Source: Candidatus Stahliibacteriota bacterium (GTDB taxonomy: Bacteria; Hydrothermota; UBA3073; JACQXS01). Taken from it: a DNA stretch of 53,546 nucleotides. Position numbers and translations under genes: made by a program. A model generated the notes under the pieces. That model was not told the DNA's origin and did no database searches. It was given only the letters and a program-made list of their open reading frames with translations. This document shows, in pieces, positions 26,212-36,226 of the stretch. Location: positions 1 to 53,546 of the forward strand of contig JACQXS010000036.1 in the NCBI GenBank assembly GCA_016208615.1. The letters are read 5' to 3'. Every line of letters starts with the position of its first letter. Position 1 is the first letter of the stretch.

Positions 26212-26932
26212 CCATAGTGGTCGCTACTCTAATGTGGTCAACTATCTAACTGCACAGGGTTATGCGGTGTATGGATTTGACCTTCGCGGTCATGGTCACT
26301 CCTCTGGGCAGAGAGGGCATATCAATAAATGGTCAGACTATAGTGGCGACTTACAATCTTTTCTGGACTTGGTTTGTAGTCGGGAGTCGGGGGCAAAGCT
26401 TTTTCTAATGGGTCATAGTTTGGGTGCATTGATTTCTTTGGACTATGTGCTTCGTTATCCAGCAGGGCTTTGTGGTGCTATTATTAATGGTGCGCCCTTT
26501 GAACCGATAGGTATAGCAAAGCCCTATAAGGTAGCTTTGGCGCGTCTACTATCTCGGTTTATGCCCCGCTTCTCAATACCTTTGGATTTTGAGTCAGTGG
26601 CTATGTCCCGTGACTCAATAGTTGTAAGAGATTATATCGCTGATTCATTAGGACATAAGATAGTGAGTGTTCGCTGGGGTACAGAATCACTTGCAACTCT
26701 CAAATGGGTTAAAGAGCATTCAACGGATTTAAGTATTCCAATTCTTATACTTCATGGAGGGGCTGACCGTCTTAACTCATCAGAAGGGAGTCGCCATTTT
26801 TTTGATAAATTGACTTTCCCGGATAAGACATTGCGGATTTATCCGGAAGGATACCACGAGTCTCATAATGATATTAACTATCAGCAAGTAATGCAGGATA
26901 TAGGACAATGGCTTGATAGTCATATACGATGA
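26084..26932 (+). CDS. alpha/beta hydrolase (lysophospholipase/monoacylglycerol lipase-like); start uncertain
   Basis: GDHSGRY, DLRGHGHSSG, GHSLGA nucleophile elbow, LHGGADR and GYHE motifs. The first 128 nt overlap the upstream gene in another frame. Confidence 0.6.
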   Translation: MPRCMRQSRLLLWSIRMHLIVCRSLSRVIIYGLILILLSGVGDHSGRYSNVVNYLTAQGYAVYGFDLRGHGHSSGQRGHINKWSDYSGDLQSFLDLVCSRESGAKLFLMGHSLGALISLDYVLRYPAGLCGAIINGAPFEPIGIAKPYKVALARLLSRFMPRFSIPLDFESVAMSRDSIVVRDYIADSLGHKIVSVRWGTESLATLKWVKEHSTDLSIPILILHGGADRLNSSEGSRHFFDKLTFPDKTLRIYPEGYHESHNDINYQQVMQDIGQWLDSHIR

Positions 26933-27012
26933 GAGTTTAAGAGTTCAAGAGTTTAAGAGTTCAAATGTCAAAACTTAAATACGGTGCCATTATGAATTTT
27001 TAATGAATCTTT

Positions 27013-27615
27013 TTGTGTCTATTTGCATCAAAAGAGAAGGTGATTAAGACATTAAAGCAAGAGTTATTAGAGGTCCAAGAATCCCTATCCTCGTGTAAAG
27101 ATGCCTATCTGCGTTCCCTTGCCGATTTAGAGAATTATCGTAAGCGTGTCTATAAAGAGAAGGAAGATTTGCGTAATGGGGTAGTGGAGCGTTTATTGTC
27201 TAACCTTCTACCCTTGATGGATGATTTTGAGCGTGGCTTGGCTTTATTGAAGGGAGCGGGAGTGGATGATTTTTACAAGGGTATAGAGTTGATATATCGC
27301 AATTTTCAATCTTTTTTGGAGCAAGAAGGGGTAGCGAGTTTTAGTTCGGTGGGTGTGGAATTTAATCCTGCTTTGCATGAGGCGGTGGGCGTCAAAGAGA
27401 CCGATGAGTGTTTGCCTAATTATGTAGTTTCCGAGTTGGCTCGCGGATATAAGTTGAAAGATAAGGTAATCAGGCATAGTAAAGTAATAGTGAGTGCGGA
27501 AGCAGAAGACGGAGGGCAGAAGACAGAGGACGGAGGGCAGAAGACAGAGGACGGAGGGCAGAAGACAGAGGACGGAGGGCAGAAGACAGAGAAGTCTGAT
27601 AGTCAAATGGTCTGA
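27013..27615 (+). CDS. grpE: nucleotide exchange factor GrpE
   Basis: YLRSLADLENYRKR motif with NPALHEAV. Upstream of dnaK. The exact start is uncertain (the ORF-track start at 27013 is TTG). Confidence 0.85.
   Translation: MCLFASKEKVIKTLKQELLEVQESLSSCKDAYLRSLADLENYRKRVYKEKEDLRNGVVERLLSNLLPLMDDFERGLALLKGAGVDDFYKGIELIYRNFQSFLEQEGVASFSSVGVEFNPALHEAVGVKETDECLPNYVVSELARGYKLKDKVIRHSKVIVSAEAEDGGQKTEDGGQKTEDGGQKTEDGGQKTEKSDSQMV
27503..27592. repeat. 21-bp tandem repeat, about 4 units, inside the grpE 3' end
   Basis: cagaagacagaggacggaggg units at 27517, 27538 and 27559 plus partial units, encoding EDGGQKT x4. The related word cagaagacagaggacagaagacagaag is at 509-540. Confidence 0.9.
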
Positions 27616-27716
27616 TAGTTCAAATGTCAAAATCCAAATACCAAAACCTAATACTATGCCACTAAATCACTAAAACACTAAAATGCAAAGCTTAAAAGCT
27701 AAAGATAGGAGGTAAG

Positions 27717-29702
27717 ATGTCGGATAAAGCAATAGGAATAGATTTGGGGACGACTAATTCATGCGTTGCCATAGTAGAGGGTGCCGAGAAGATAGTTATC
27801 TCTAACCCTGATGGCGGTAGGACTACGCCGTCTGTTGTAACGGTGACGGCGGGTGGTGAGCGACTTGTCGGACCTTTGGCGAAGCGGCAGTCTATTTTGA
27901 ATCCTGATAGCAGCATTTATTCAATCAAGCGATTTATGGGTCGTCGCTACTCGGAGGTCGGCGAGGAAATGAAGTTAGTTCCCTATAAAGTAGTGGAGGG
28001 TCCGCATCAGGATGCCCGTGTAATGATGGGCGGTAAGGAGTATTCGCCACCGGAGGTCTCGGCTCTAATTCTGCAATACTTGAAGAAGTCGGCGGAAGAC
28101 TATTTGGGTCAGAAGGTAAGCAAGGCCGTGATAACGGTGCCTGCTTATTTCAATGACTCACAGCGTAAAGCGACTAAGGATGCCGGCACAATCGCAGGGC
28201 TTGAGGTTCTTCGTATTATCAATGAGCCGACAGCGGCATCGCTTGCCTATGGTGTTGGCACGAAGAAGCGTGAGCGGGTTGCGGTGTACGATTTCGGGGG
28301 TGGCACCTTTGATATTTCCATCATAGAGATAGATATGAGCGAATCGCCCCCGGTTATAGAGGTCTTGGCGACCAATGGCGACACACATCTTGGCGGTGAT
28401 AACATAGACCAGCGCATAGTTGAGTGGATAGTCAGCAGTTTTCGTAAGGAGCAGGGCATTGATTTATCCAAAGACCGGTCTGCAATTCAGCGGGTACGGG
28501 ATGCCGGTGAGAAGGCCAAGTGTGAGCTTTCTACGAGTATGGAGACGAGTATCAGCTTACCCTTTATCACGGCTGACGCCAATGGGCCTAAGCATCTGGA
28601 CTTGAAGTTAACGCGTGCGAAGTTGGAGCAACTTATCGAGGACTTAATTGAGCGTTCTCATCATCCGTGTGAGCAGGCGGTAGAGGATGCGATTAAGCGT
28701 GCGGGTTCATCTATCAAGAGAATAGAGGACATAGATGTGGTGATCCTTGTTGGTGGAATGACACGGATGCCCCGTATTCAGAAGTTAGTGGCTGATTTCT
28801 TTGGCAAGGAGCCGTCTAAGGGCGTTAATCCAGACGAGGTCGTCGCAATGGGTGCGGCTATTCAGGCGGACAGTTTGTCGGGCGAGGGTAAGAAGGAGTT
28901 GTTGCTCTTGGATGTCACGCCTTTGACTTTGGGAATAGAGACGCTTGGCAGTGTGATGACGCCGATGATACCTCGCAATACCACTATTCCGACTCGCAAG
29001 TCCCAGATATACACAACAGCAGCGGATAGTCAGACTGCGGTAACCATTCATGTTTTGCAGGGTGAGCGTCCAATGGCTCCTGATAACCGCTCTCTTGGTA
29101 AGTTTGACTTGATGGGCATTCCGTCAGCCCCGCGTGGCGTACCGCAGATAGAGGTGACTTTTGACATAGACGCTAACGGTATTCTAAATGTGAAGGCGAT
29201 TGATAAGGCGACCAATAAGGAGCAGTCCATAAGGATTACAGGGTCAAGCGGGCTCTCGGATAGTGAAGTAGGCAAGATGGTTGACGAGGGCAAGGTCAAT
29301 GAAGCGGAGGACAAGAAGCGGCGAGAGATGATAGAAGTGCGGAATCAGGCGGATACACTGATTTACTCGGTTGAAAAGAGCTTGAAGGAGTTCGGGGATA
29401 AGGTTTCAGAGACAGAGCGTAAGGATATAGAGAATGCAGTAGAGCGGCTCAAAAAGACGCTAAGCGGCGATGATATGGAAGCAATGAAGAAAGAGATGGA
29501 TGAGCTACAGAAGGCGAGCTACAAGTTGGCGGAAGAGATGTATAAACAGAGTGCCGCTCAACAAGGTGGCGAGACAAAGGATGGGGCAGAGCCAAAAGGG
29601 AACGCGGAGACAAAAGATAGCACAGCGGATGCCGGTGAAAAGAAGAAAGCAGAAGGTCCTATAGAAGCGGATTACGAGGTCATAGATGAAGATAAGAAGT
29701 GA
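27717..29702 (+). CDS. dnaK: molecular chaperone DnaK (Hsp70)
   Basis: [21 protein letters not shown] and [11 protein letters not shown] motifs. Length 661 aa. Confidence 0.95.
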   Translation: MSDKAIGIDLGTTNSCVAIVEGAEKIVISNPDGGRTTPSVVTVTAGGERLVGPLAKRQSILNPDSSIYSIKRFMGRRYSEVGEEMKLVPYKVVEGPHQDARVMMGGKEYSPPEVSALILQYLKKSAEDYLGQKVSKAVITVPAYFNDSQRKATKDAGTIAGLEVLRIINEPTAASLAYGVGTKKRERVAVYDFGGGTFDISIIEIDMSESPPVIEVLATNGDTHLGGDNIDQRIVEWIVSSFRKEQGIDLSKDRSAIQRVRDAGEKAKCELSTSMETSISLPFITADANGPKHLDLKLTRAKLEQLIEDLIERSHHPCEQAVEDAIKRAGSSIKRIEDIDVVILVGGMTRMPRIQKLVADFFGKEPSKGVNPDEVVAMGAAIQADSLSGEGKKELLLLDVTPLTLGIETLGSVMTPMIPRNTTIPTRKSQIYTTAADSQTAVTIHVLQGERPMAPDNRSLGKFDLMGIPSAPRGVPQIEVTFDIDANGILNVKAIDKATNKEQSIRITGSSGLSDSEVGKMVDEGKVNEAEDKKRREMIEVRNQADTLIYSVEKSLKEFGDKVSETERKDIENAVERLKKTLSGDDMEAMKKEMDELQKASYKLAEEMYKQSAAQQGGETKDGAEPKGNAETKDSTADAGEKKKAEGPIEADYEVIDEDKK

Positions 29703-29767
29703 AGGACAAGACAAATAGGTTAAACAGAAAAAGAAATGCGTAAAAAGAAAGAAGTAGTCGGTAATAA

Positions 29768-29960
29768 GAATACAGCGTTCCGTGATGAGAATACAGCAGT
29801 CGGTACTCGGAGGACGGATGGCGGTATCGGGAGTACAGCAGTCCGCACTCGGAGTACAGCAGTCGGTACTCGGAGTACAGCAGTCGGTACTCGGAGGACG
29901 GATGGCGGTATCGGGAGTACAGCAGTCGGTACTCGGAGGACGGCAGTCGGTATTGGGAGT
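29768..29960. repeat. non-coding tandem repeat array between dnaK and dnaJ
   Basis: Degenerate 21-nt units agtacagcagtcggtactcgg alternate with aggacggatggcggtatcggg. Contains GTACTC/GAGTAC inverted words. Confidence 0.85.
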
Positions 29961-29969
29961 AAATAGGTT

Positions 29970-31076
29970 ATGTCAGCTAAGCGGGATTACTATGATATAT
30001 TGGGCGTCGGTCGTGATGCCAGTCAAGAAGTCATTAAAACGGCTTACAGGAAGTTGGCTCGCAAATACCACCCGGATATGAATACGGAGGAGGACAAGAA
30101 GCAGGCGGAAGAAAAGTTTAAGCAGCTTTCAGAAGCATATGAAGTGTTGAGCGACCCCAAGAAACGGCAAATGTATGACCAGTATGGGCATGAAGGAGTG
30201 AGTCAGCAGTTTGGGCAAGGCGGCTTCACTTGGAACGACTTCACCCACTTCAATGATATAGAGGATATACTGGGTACGCTATTGGGCGGTAGGTTTGGGG
30301 GCGAGTCAATAAGCGATAGACTGTTCGGCAGGAGTTCACGCGGTGGCTTTGGAGGTAAAAGAGAAGGCGGCGACCTCCAAGTGACCATTGCTTTGACTTT
30401 GGCAGAAATATCTACCGGGACAACAAAGAAGGTGCAACTCCATAGATACGAGAAGTGTAAGATTTGCAATGGGGTTGGCGGGAAAGGAGTTAAGAATTGC
30501 ACCAAGTGCGGTGGCAGTGGACAGGTGAGACAAGTAAGCCAAAGCTTCTTTGGGCAGTTTATTAATGTCGCTACTTGCCCTGCTTGTGGTGGAAATGGCA
30601 GGATGGTGAGCCAAATATGCGGGAATTGTAATGGAACAGGCAGGTCAGATGTGGTAGCTACTGTGGCTATCCGTATTCCGGCGGGCGTTAGTAAGGGCAA
30701 TTACTTGTCTTTGCGTGGACAAGGCAATGCAGGTGAGCAAGGCGGAGCGATAGGCGATTTAATAGCCGTTATAGACGAGATAGCAGACAGCGTGTTTGAA
30801 AGACGGAACAGCGATGTCTTTACAAGACAATACATTTCTTTCCCAACAGCGGCTTTGGGCGGTGAAATAGAAGTCCCTACCTTGAACGGCAAGGTGAGAA
30901 TGAAAATACCACGAGGCACTCAGTCAGGAAAAGTCTTTCTACTTAAAGGAAAGGGATTGACTGAATTGAATAGCCACAGGAAAGGCGATGAACTGATAGA
31001 AGTATGCGTTAAAGTGCCTGACCCTATATCACAAGAGCAAGAGAAAATGATTAGAGAATTGGATAAACTCTTGTGA
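29970..31076 (+). CDS. dnaJ: molecular chaperone DnaJ
   Basis: J domain [12 protein letters not shown], a G/F region and four CxxCxGxG zinc motifs. Confidence 0.95.
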   Translation: MSAKRDYYDILGVGRDASQEVIKTAYRKLARKYHPDMNTEEDKKQAEEKFKQLSEAYEVLSDPKKRQMYDQYGHEGVSQQFGQGGFTWNDFTHFNDIEDILGTLLGGRFGGESISDRLFGRSSRGGFGGKREGGDLQVTIALTLAEISTGTTKKVQLHRYEKCKICNGVGGKGVKNCTKCGGSGQVRQVSQSFFGQFINVATCPACGGNGRMVSQICGNCNGTGRSDVVATVAIRIPAGVSKGNYLSLRGQGNAGEQGGAIGDLIAVIDEIADSVFERRNSDVFTRQYISFPTAALGGEIEVPTLNGKVRMKIPRGTQSGKVFLLKGKGLTELNSHRKGDELIEVCVKVPDPISQEQEKMIRELDKLL

Positions 31077-31184
31077 CACGCCCCGACTATCAAGAACAAA
31101 ACCCCGGTATTCGTTGAAGTAATAAGTGGCTAAAAAGTTAATGGCTAATAAGCTAAAAAGCTACTCCCTAATAAGCTAATTGAC

Positions 31185-31961
31185 TTACCACTTCGGTTTG
31201 CGTTTATCAAGGAAAGCTTGCATCCCTTCCTGTGTTTCATCTGACATACGCAGTTCCGCCAATACGCGGGTAGTGTATTCTTTCGCCTCATCAAGCGTCA
31301 TTTGGGACACTTCTTTCAGTAGCTCCTTACACACTCGCATAGCATTGGGACCACTGTCTATTAGTTGATTCACTAATTCCTGCACAGCGGAGTCAAGTGC
31401 TTCGGGCAGCACGACACGATTAACCAAGCCAACCGCTAATGCACGCTCAGCCGAGATACGCTCACCCGTTAAAAATAACTCCCTTACCTTGCCCTCGCTA
31501 CACTTTCTTATGATATAGGGCGATATACAGGCAGGAATAAGCCCAAGCTTTACTTCACTGAACCCAAATAAAGCATCTTTGGACGCAATAGCAATATCAC
31601 ATATAGCTACAAACCCAACGCCGCCTCCAATAGCCGCACCATTTATTCGTCCAATGACGGGCTTGGGTAATGCATAAATAAGAGAGAGTAATTCAGAAAG
31701 CTTGTAGGTGTCTGCGTAATTCTCCTCGTAGGTGTAGTCCTTGACCTTCCGCATCCAATTTATATCCGCACCGGCACAATAAGACTTGCCCGCCCCGGTC
31801 AACACAACAGAACGCACCTCTTTATTATCTTGGATGTCTTTGAAGACTTCAATAAGTTCACGAAACATAACATCATTAAACGCATTATGCACCTCGGGCC
31901 GATTAAGCATAACCCGTGCTACCCTGTCCTTAATCGTATAAACTATAGTTTCGAAAGACAT
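31185..31961 (-). CDS. enoyl-CoA hydratase/isomerase family protein (methylglutaconyl-CoA hydratase-like)
   Basis: Crotonase motifs VVLTGAGKSYCAGADI and GAAIGGGVGF. Start set to the ATG at 31961 (MSFETIVYT), which avoids overlap with the upstream gene. Confidence 0.8.
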   Translation of the reverse strand: MSFETIVYTIKDRVARVMLNRPEVHNAFNDVMFRELIEVFKDIQDNKEVRSVVLTGAGKSYCAGADINWMRKVKDYTYEENYADTYKLSELLSLIYALPKPVIGRINGAAIGGGVGFVAICDIAIASKDALFGFSEVKLGLIPACISPYIIRKCSEGKVRELFLTGERISAERALAVGLVNRVVLPEALDSAVQELVNQLIDSGPNAMRVCKELLKEVSQMTLDEAKEYTTRVLAELRMSDETQEGMQAFLDKRKPKW

Positions 31962-31971
31962 TAGACTATTA

Positions 31972-33477
31972 TTAAGTATTACGCAAGTATTCTTTGAAAA
32001 TTTTCCTAAAATGGTAACCATAAATTGCGTATGTAATTGCAAACGGAAAAAGGCGTGGCCGCTTAAATAAAGACCAGAAGAAGAGCTTCCAATAATAAAA
32101 CTTCGGCTTATCCTTTATGCCCAGAACCCATATAGATTTAAAAAATGCCCCAGGATAACCGGAATGGAAACGAATATAACCGAAGTGAAAATGCAACTTT
32201 TGTGGTGGCTTATAGTCTTTTAAGAATCCTTTAACCCGTTCGTAATAAGGTTTAGGGGAGTAAATTTTGCTGATTATTCTTTTATAACCCTTAATGAGTA
32301 CTTCGTAATTCATTTTAGGCATAAAGTTTATGGAAAAGTCGGTATTATCTCCCGAAGGGTTTTTCCATAACCTATTCTCTTTTATAAGACGCTGGTGTAA
32401 TTTAGTCCCACGAGGTGCATTTAATAGCCCTACCATAGCAGTGATAATTCCACTCTTTTGTATAAATTCAATCTGCCTCTTAAAAATTGAAGGCAGGTCA
32501 CTATCAAACCCTACAATAAAACCTCCTATAACTTGCAAGCCAGACTTCTGTATTCTTTTAACACTGGCTACTAAGTTGCGATTTTTATTTTGAACCTTAT
32601 TACATTCTGCCAAACTTTTCTCGTCAGGTGTCTCAATGCCGACAAAGACTGAATTGAAGCCCGCCTTGGCCATCAATTGCATAAGTTCATCGTCATCAGA
32701 AAGGTCAAGGGAGGTTTCTGTGCTAAAAGAAAAGGGATGCCTTTTTATTCCCATCCAGTTAATCATAGCGGGCAATATTTCACTCTTTAACTTTCTCTTA
32801 TTTCCTATAAAGTTATCGTCAACAAAAAATACCCCACCTCTCCATCCCTGATAGTATAGACTTTCTAATTCAGCCAATATTTGGTCCCTGCTCTTTGTTC
32901 TAACCCTGTGTCCAAAAAGATTAACTATATCGCAGAATTCACAATCAAAAGGACAGCCACGAGAATATTGGAGGTTCATAGATTTATATTTCTTCATATC
33001 TATAAGTCCCCAGAGTGGAATAGGTGTCTTTTCTATGTCCGGAAATTCATTAGTAGTATAAATATGCTTAGCATACCCGTTCCTCAAGTCTTCTAAAAAG
33101 AGCGGCAGAGTGATTTCAGCTTCATTAAGGACAAAATAATTCACACCACTGAACTCTTTATATCCCGTAGTAAATAGTGGACCACCAGCGACAATCTTGA
33201 TGCCCATTTTTTTACACTTACTCATCACCTCTTTTGCTGATACCTTCTGTATCTCCATAGCACTGATGAAAACAAAATCAGCCCCTTCAAGGTCTTTATC
33301 TTTTAGTACAGATATATTCATATCTACAAGTTTTTTATCCCAATCCTTTGGAAGCATTGCCGCTACTGTTAATAATCCCAATGGCGGATAAGTTGCCTTT
33401 TTAGAAATAAATTTTAATGCCTGCCTAAAACACCAAAAAGTATCAGGGTATCTTGGATAGACTAAAACAACTTTCAT
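31972..33477 (-). CDS. B12-binding domain-containing radical SAM protein (DUF4070-type C-terminus)
   Basis: N-terminal cobalamin-binding-like Rossmann region and YSRGCPFDCEFCDI radical SAM motif. Length 501 aa. Confidence 0.75.
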   Translation of the reverse strand: MKVVLVYPRYPDTFWCFRQALKFISKKATYPPLGLLTVAAMLPKDWDKKLVDMNISVLKDKDLEGADFVFISAMEIQKVSAKEVMSKCKKMGIKIVAGGPLFTTGYKEFSGVNYFVLNEAEITLPLFLEDLRNGYAKHIYTTNEFPDIEKTPIPLWGLIDMKKYKSMNLQYSRGCPFDCEFCDIVNLFGHRVRTKSRDQILAELESLYYQGWRGGVFFVDDNFIGNKRKLKSEILPAMINWMGIKRHPFSFSTETSLDLSDDDELMQLMAKAGFNSVFVGIETPDEKSLAECNKVQNKNRNLVASVKRIQKSGLQVIGGFIVGFDSDLPSIFKRQIEFIQKSGIITAMVGLLNAPRGTKLHQRLIKENRLWKNPSGDNTDFSINFMPKMNYEVLIKGYKRIISKIYSPKPYYERVKGFLKDYKPPQKLHFHFGYIRFHSGYPGAFFKSIWVLGIKDKPKFYYWKLFFWSLFKRPRLFPFAITYAIYGYHFRKIFKEYLRNT

Positions 33478-33493
33478 ATTTTATACTCCTATG

Positions 33494-34567
33494 TTATATC
33501 AGCTGATTCTCCTTATCAAGCTTTTTTTGCAAAAAATGTGCCTCCTTTCTTTTGTATCCGTTTAGTCCATAGTGAACTGTCGGCTCGAATAAAGTCGTCT
33601 GGCTATCGTGGTATCCGTTACCGTTTCCATTTCCATTTAATGTCACCAAACTTTTTAATGGAGTTTGAATTCTCACTTTTGTTTTGAGAACAATCTGTGT
33701 TGTGTCAATTTCTTGTGCGATGTTTGGAATGGAGTAGAAGTCCTTTAAATAATCCCAGTCGTCATTGCGTAGCGTTACTACCTGGTCAAGATAAAAACTT
33801 ACCCAGCAGTCACCAATTTTTGAAATAGATTTTTCTTGCTCTAATTTTTGTTGAGTAATTTTTACATATTGTTCGTCAAGGTCAAAGCCAATAAATTGTC
33901 TGCCAAGTCGTTTCGCAGCAATAGCAGTAGTGCCAGTTCCGTTAAATGGGTCAAGCACAATGTCGCCTTCGTCTGTACTCATTAAAATAATTCTTTCAAG
34001 TAAGTGAATTGGAAGTTGGCAAGGATGTTCATCTCTGAATTTGTTATGTTTAATTCTATGTATGTCTGTCCAAACATCCGAAACAAGTGGCCCAAAAGGA
34101 TGCAACATAAATTTCTTACCACCATAATCTTTTGCAAGTATTCTTTCTTTTCGTGTTCGTTTGTGAGGACAACGGATTTCATAATACTTTAACTGCTTGG
34201 CGTCTTTGGCGTAAAATAAAATTCCATAGTGTGCCGGTTGCAATGATTTTCCCATTGGCGCAGTTGGTGCGTCCCAACTTATCCAGTGTTTGAAATCGGC
34301 TTGCTTGTTGAGAAATGAAGCGTAGTATATCAACCACTTCGGAATGTTATGAAGAAAGATTGAGCCAGTAGATTTTGTAATGCGAACCATTTCTGTAATC
34401 CATTCTTCGCACCAATTCAAATACTCTTGCAACTTCAAACTGTCTTTATAACTGTTGTAGTCCTTTTTCAAATTGAAAGGTGGGTCTGCAAAAGTTATAT
34501 CAACTGAATTGTCCGGAGTTTGTTTTAGTAATTTCAGACAATCACCTTGCGTGATTTTATTTTCCAT
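33494..34567 (-). CDS. orphan beta-class DNA methyltransferase (N4-C/N6-A type) with an unknown C-terminal extension
   Basis: Motif IV ITFADPPFN comes before motif I VLDPFNGTGTT. The roughly 120-aa C-terminal region includes a GNGNGNG simple repeat. No adjacent nuclease gene. Confidence 0.8.
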   Translation of the reverse strand: MENKITQGDCLKLLKQTPDNSVDITFADPPFNLKKDYNSYKDSLKLQEYLNWCEEWITEMVRITKSTGSIFLHNIPKWLIYYASFLNKQADFKHWISWDAPTAPMGKSLQPAHYGILFYAKDAKQLKYYEIRCPHKRTRKERILAKDYGGKKFMLHPFGPLVSDVWTDIHRIKHNKFRDEHPCQLPIHLLERIILMSTDEGDIVLDPFNGTGTTAIAAKRLGRQFIGFDLDEQYVKITQQKLEQEKSISKIGDCWVSFYLDQVVTLRNDDWDYLKDFYSIPNIAQEIDTTQIVLKTKVRIQTPLKSLVTLNGNGNGNGYHDSQTTLFEPTVHYGLNGYKRKEAHFLQKKLDKENQLI

Positions 34568-34600
34568 TTAGTTTTAATCTATGTCATCCGTAATATCCTC

Positions 34601-36118
34601 TCACATCCTGAATACTCCGAATTGGTGGGCGGGGATGGGAGCATTTAAAGACATTGAGATGCCGAGTGCTAATGCTTCCCTCGTATCCAGCGGGTCAATT
34701 ATTCCATCATCCCAAAGTCTGGCAGTTGAATAATAAGCACTGGCTTGGTCTTCGTATTTTTTAAGTATTGGCTCTCTTATTTGTTTTATCTCCTCAGGGC
34801 TTAATTTCTTTCCCTCTCTCACAAGTGCTTTCACTTTAATATCTGTAAGGACATCTGCTGCCTGTTCCCCTCCCATAACTGATATTTTAGTATTAGGCCA
34901 CATCCATAAAAGTCGTGGGTCATATGCCCTTCCGCACATCCCATAATTACCTGCTCCGTGCGAACTGCCCACGATAACTGTAAAGCGTGGCACCTGAGCT
35001 ACTGAAACAGCATGTACCATCTTGGCACCATCTTTTGCAATACCGCCGTGTTCATATTTTTTGCCTACAATAAAGCCGGTAATATTCTGTAAAAATATAA
35101 GTGGAATCTTACGCACTGAACACAATTCCACAAAATGTGCCCCTTTTAAGGAGGATTCAGAAAACAGTACCCCATTATTGCCCAAAATCCCCACAGGGTA
35201 GCCCATTATCCTTGCAAACCCACATACAAGTGTCAACCCATAAAGGGGCTTAAACTCGTGAAATTCACTCCGGTCAACAAAACGGGCTATTATTTCCCGT
35301 ATATCAAACTGTTTACGCAAATCTTTGGGTACAATACCATAAATCTCCTCCGGGTCATAGTAAGGAGGGTCAGAAGCTTCTACTCTTGGGAGGTCGGCTT
35401 TTTGCACGGCACCCAGATTTTGGATAATATTTCTTGTTATTTCTATGGCATGGGTATCGTCAACCGCATAATGGTCCGTAACTCCTGAAATCCTACAATG
35501 CACATCAGCACCGCCAAGCTCTTCGGTAGTCACTATTTCACCCGTTGCCGCCTTGACGAGTGGCGGTCCGCCAATATAGATAGTACCCTGTTCTTTCACA
35601 ATAATAGATTCATCCGACATTGCCGGCTGATACGCTCCACCTGCTGTGCAAAACCCCATAACTACCGAAATCTGCGGTATATTCATAGCAGACATTTTGG
35701 CTTGATTAAAGAATATTCGTCCAAAGTGATACTTATCAGGGAAGACACCATCCTGCAACGGCAAAAATACACCCCCTGAATCCACCATATATATACAAGG
35801 CAACCTATTCTCCATAGCAATCTCTTGTGCCCGGATATGCTTTTTTATAGTCTCAGGACAATAAGAGCCACCCTTTATAGTGGCATCGTGGGCTGGTGAT
35901 AATTCAAGAAACGGAGTATCCGGGTCTATCAACAATTCTATTCTTTCACGCACAAAAAGCTTTCCCCTTTCTTTATGCTTTTTATGCATTTCAATAGGAC
36001 CGCCCTTTTTGGCTTGTGCAAGACGCTCCTTTAGTTCAGCTACCTTATCCTTCATATACTCTCTGTTCTCCTTAAACTCCTGGCTTCCGCTATTTATTTT
36101 TGATTCTATTCTATACAT
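34601..36118 (-). CDS. methylcrotonoyl-CoA carboxylase beta (carboxyltransferase) subunit-like, with an internal in-frame deletion
   Basis: Collinear with human MCCC2 as recalled ([60 protein letters not shown]). Confidence 0.85.
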   Translation of the reverse strand: MYRIESKINSGSQEFKENREYMKDKVAELKERLAQAKKGGPIEMHKKHKERGKLFVRERIELLIDPDTPFLELSPAHDATIKGGSYCPETIKKHIRAQEIAMENRLPCIYMVDSGGVFLPLQDGVFPDKYHFGRIFFNQAKMSAMNIPQISVVMGFCTAGGAYQPAMSDESIIVKEQGTIYIGGPPLVKAATGEIVTTEELGGADVHCRISGVTDHYAVDDTHAIEITRNIIQNLGAVQKADLPRVEASDPPYYDPEEIYGIVPKDLRKQFDIREIIARFVDRSEFHEFKPLYGLTLVCGFARIMGYPVGILGNNGVLFSESSLKGAHFVELCSVRKIPLIFLQNITGFIVGKKYEHGGIAKDGAKMVHAVSVAQVPRFTVIVGSSHGAGNYGMCGRAYDPRLLWMWPNTKISVMGGEQAADVLTDIKVKALVREGKKLSPEEIKQIREPILKKYEDQASAYYSTARLWDDGIIDPLDTREALALGISMSLNAPIPAHQFGVFRM

Positions 36119-36125
36119 AGAGTTA

Positions 36126-36153
36126 ATTATAAGTTCCCAATCCTATTAGTCAA
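36126..36153 (-). promoter_or_regulatory. putative sigma70-type promoter giving a leaderless mccB-like mRNA
   Basis: Minus strand reads TTGACT (36153-36148), 16-nt spacer, TATAAT (36131-36126), then 7 nt to the ATG at 36118 with no SD. Confidence 0.5.
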
Positions 36154-36170
36154 GATAAAAATATAGTTAA

Positions 36171-36208
36171 AAAATTAAATAAAAAAGGGTAGGTTTTTTG
36201 ACCTACCC
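36171..36208 (-). terminator. Rho-independent terminator of the C1 peptidase gene
   Basis: Minus strand reads GGGTAGGT-caaaaa-ACCTACCC followed by TTTTTTATTTAATTTT. Confidence 0.65.
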
Positions 36209-36226
36209 CTTGTGCAATGTCGCTAA

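Noticed and set aside
26933-27012. CIRCE (HrcA operator) element expected upstream of grpE-dnaK-dnaJ
   Set aside because: No TTAGCACTC-N9-GAGTGCTAA-like inverted repeat is present. The spacer consists of gagtttaagagttcaag word repeats.
29768-29960. Possible CRISPR array
   Set aside because: The units are only about 21 nt, contiguous and degenerate, with no unique spacers of about 30 nt. No cas genes are present in the window.
29736-30081. ORFs 29736..29966 and 29782..30081, which look like small proteins between dnaK and dnaJ
   Set aside because: Both are translations of the 21-nt tandem repeat array (TAVGTRRTDGGIGS... and QQSVLG...). They have no SD, they overlap each other and dnaJ, and their composition is set by the repeat.
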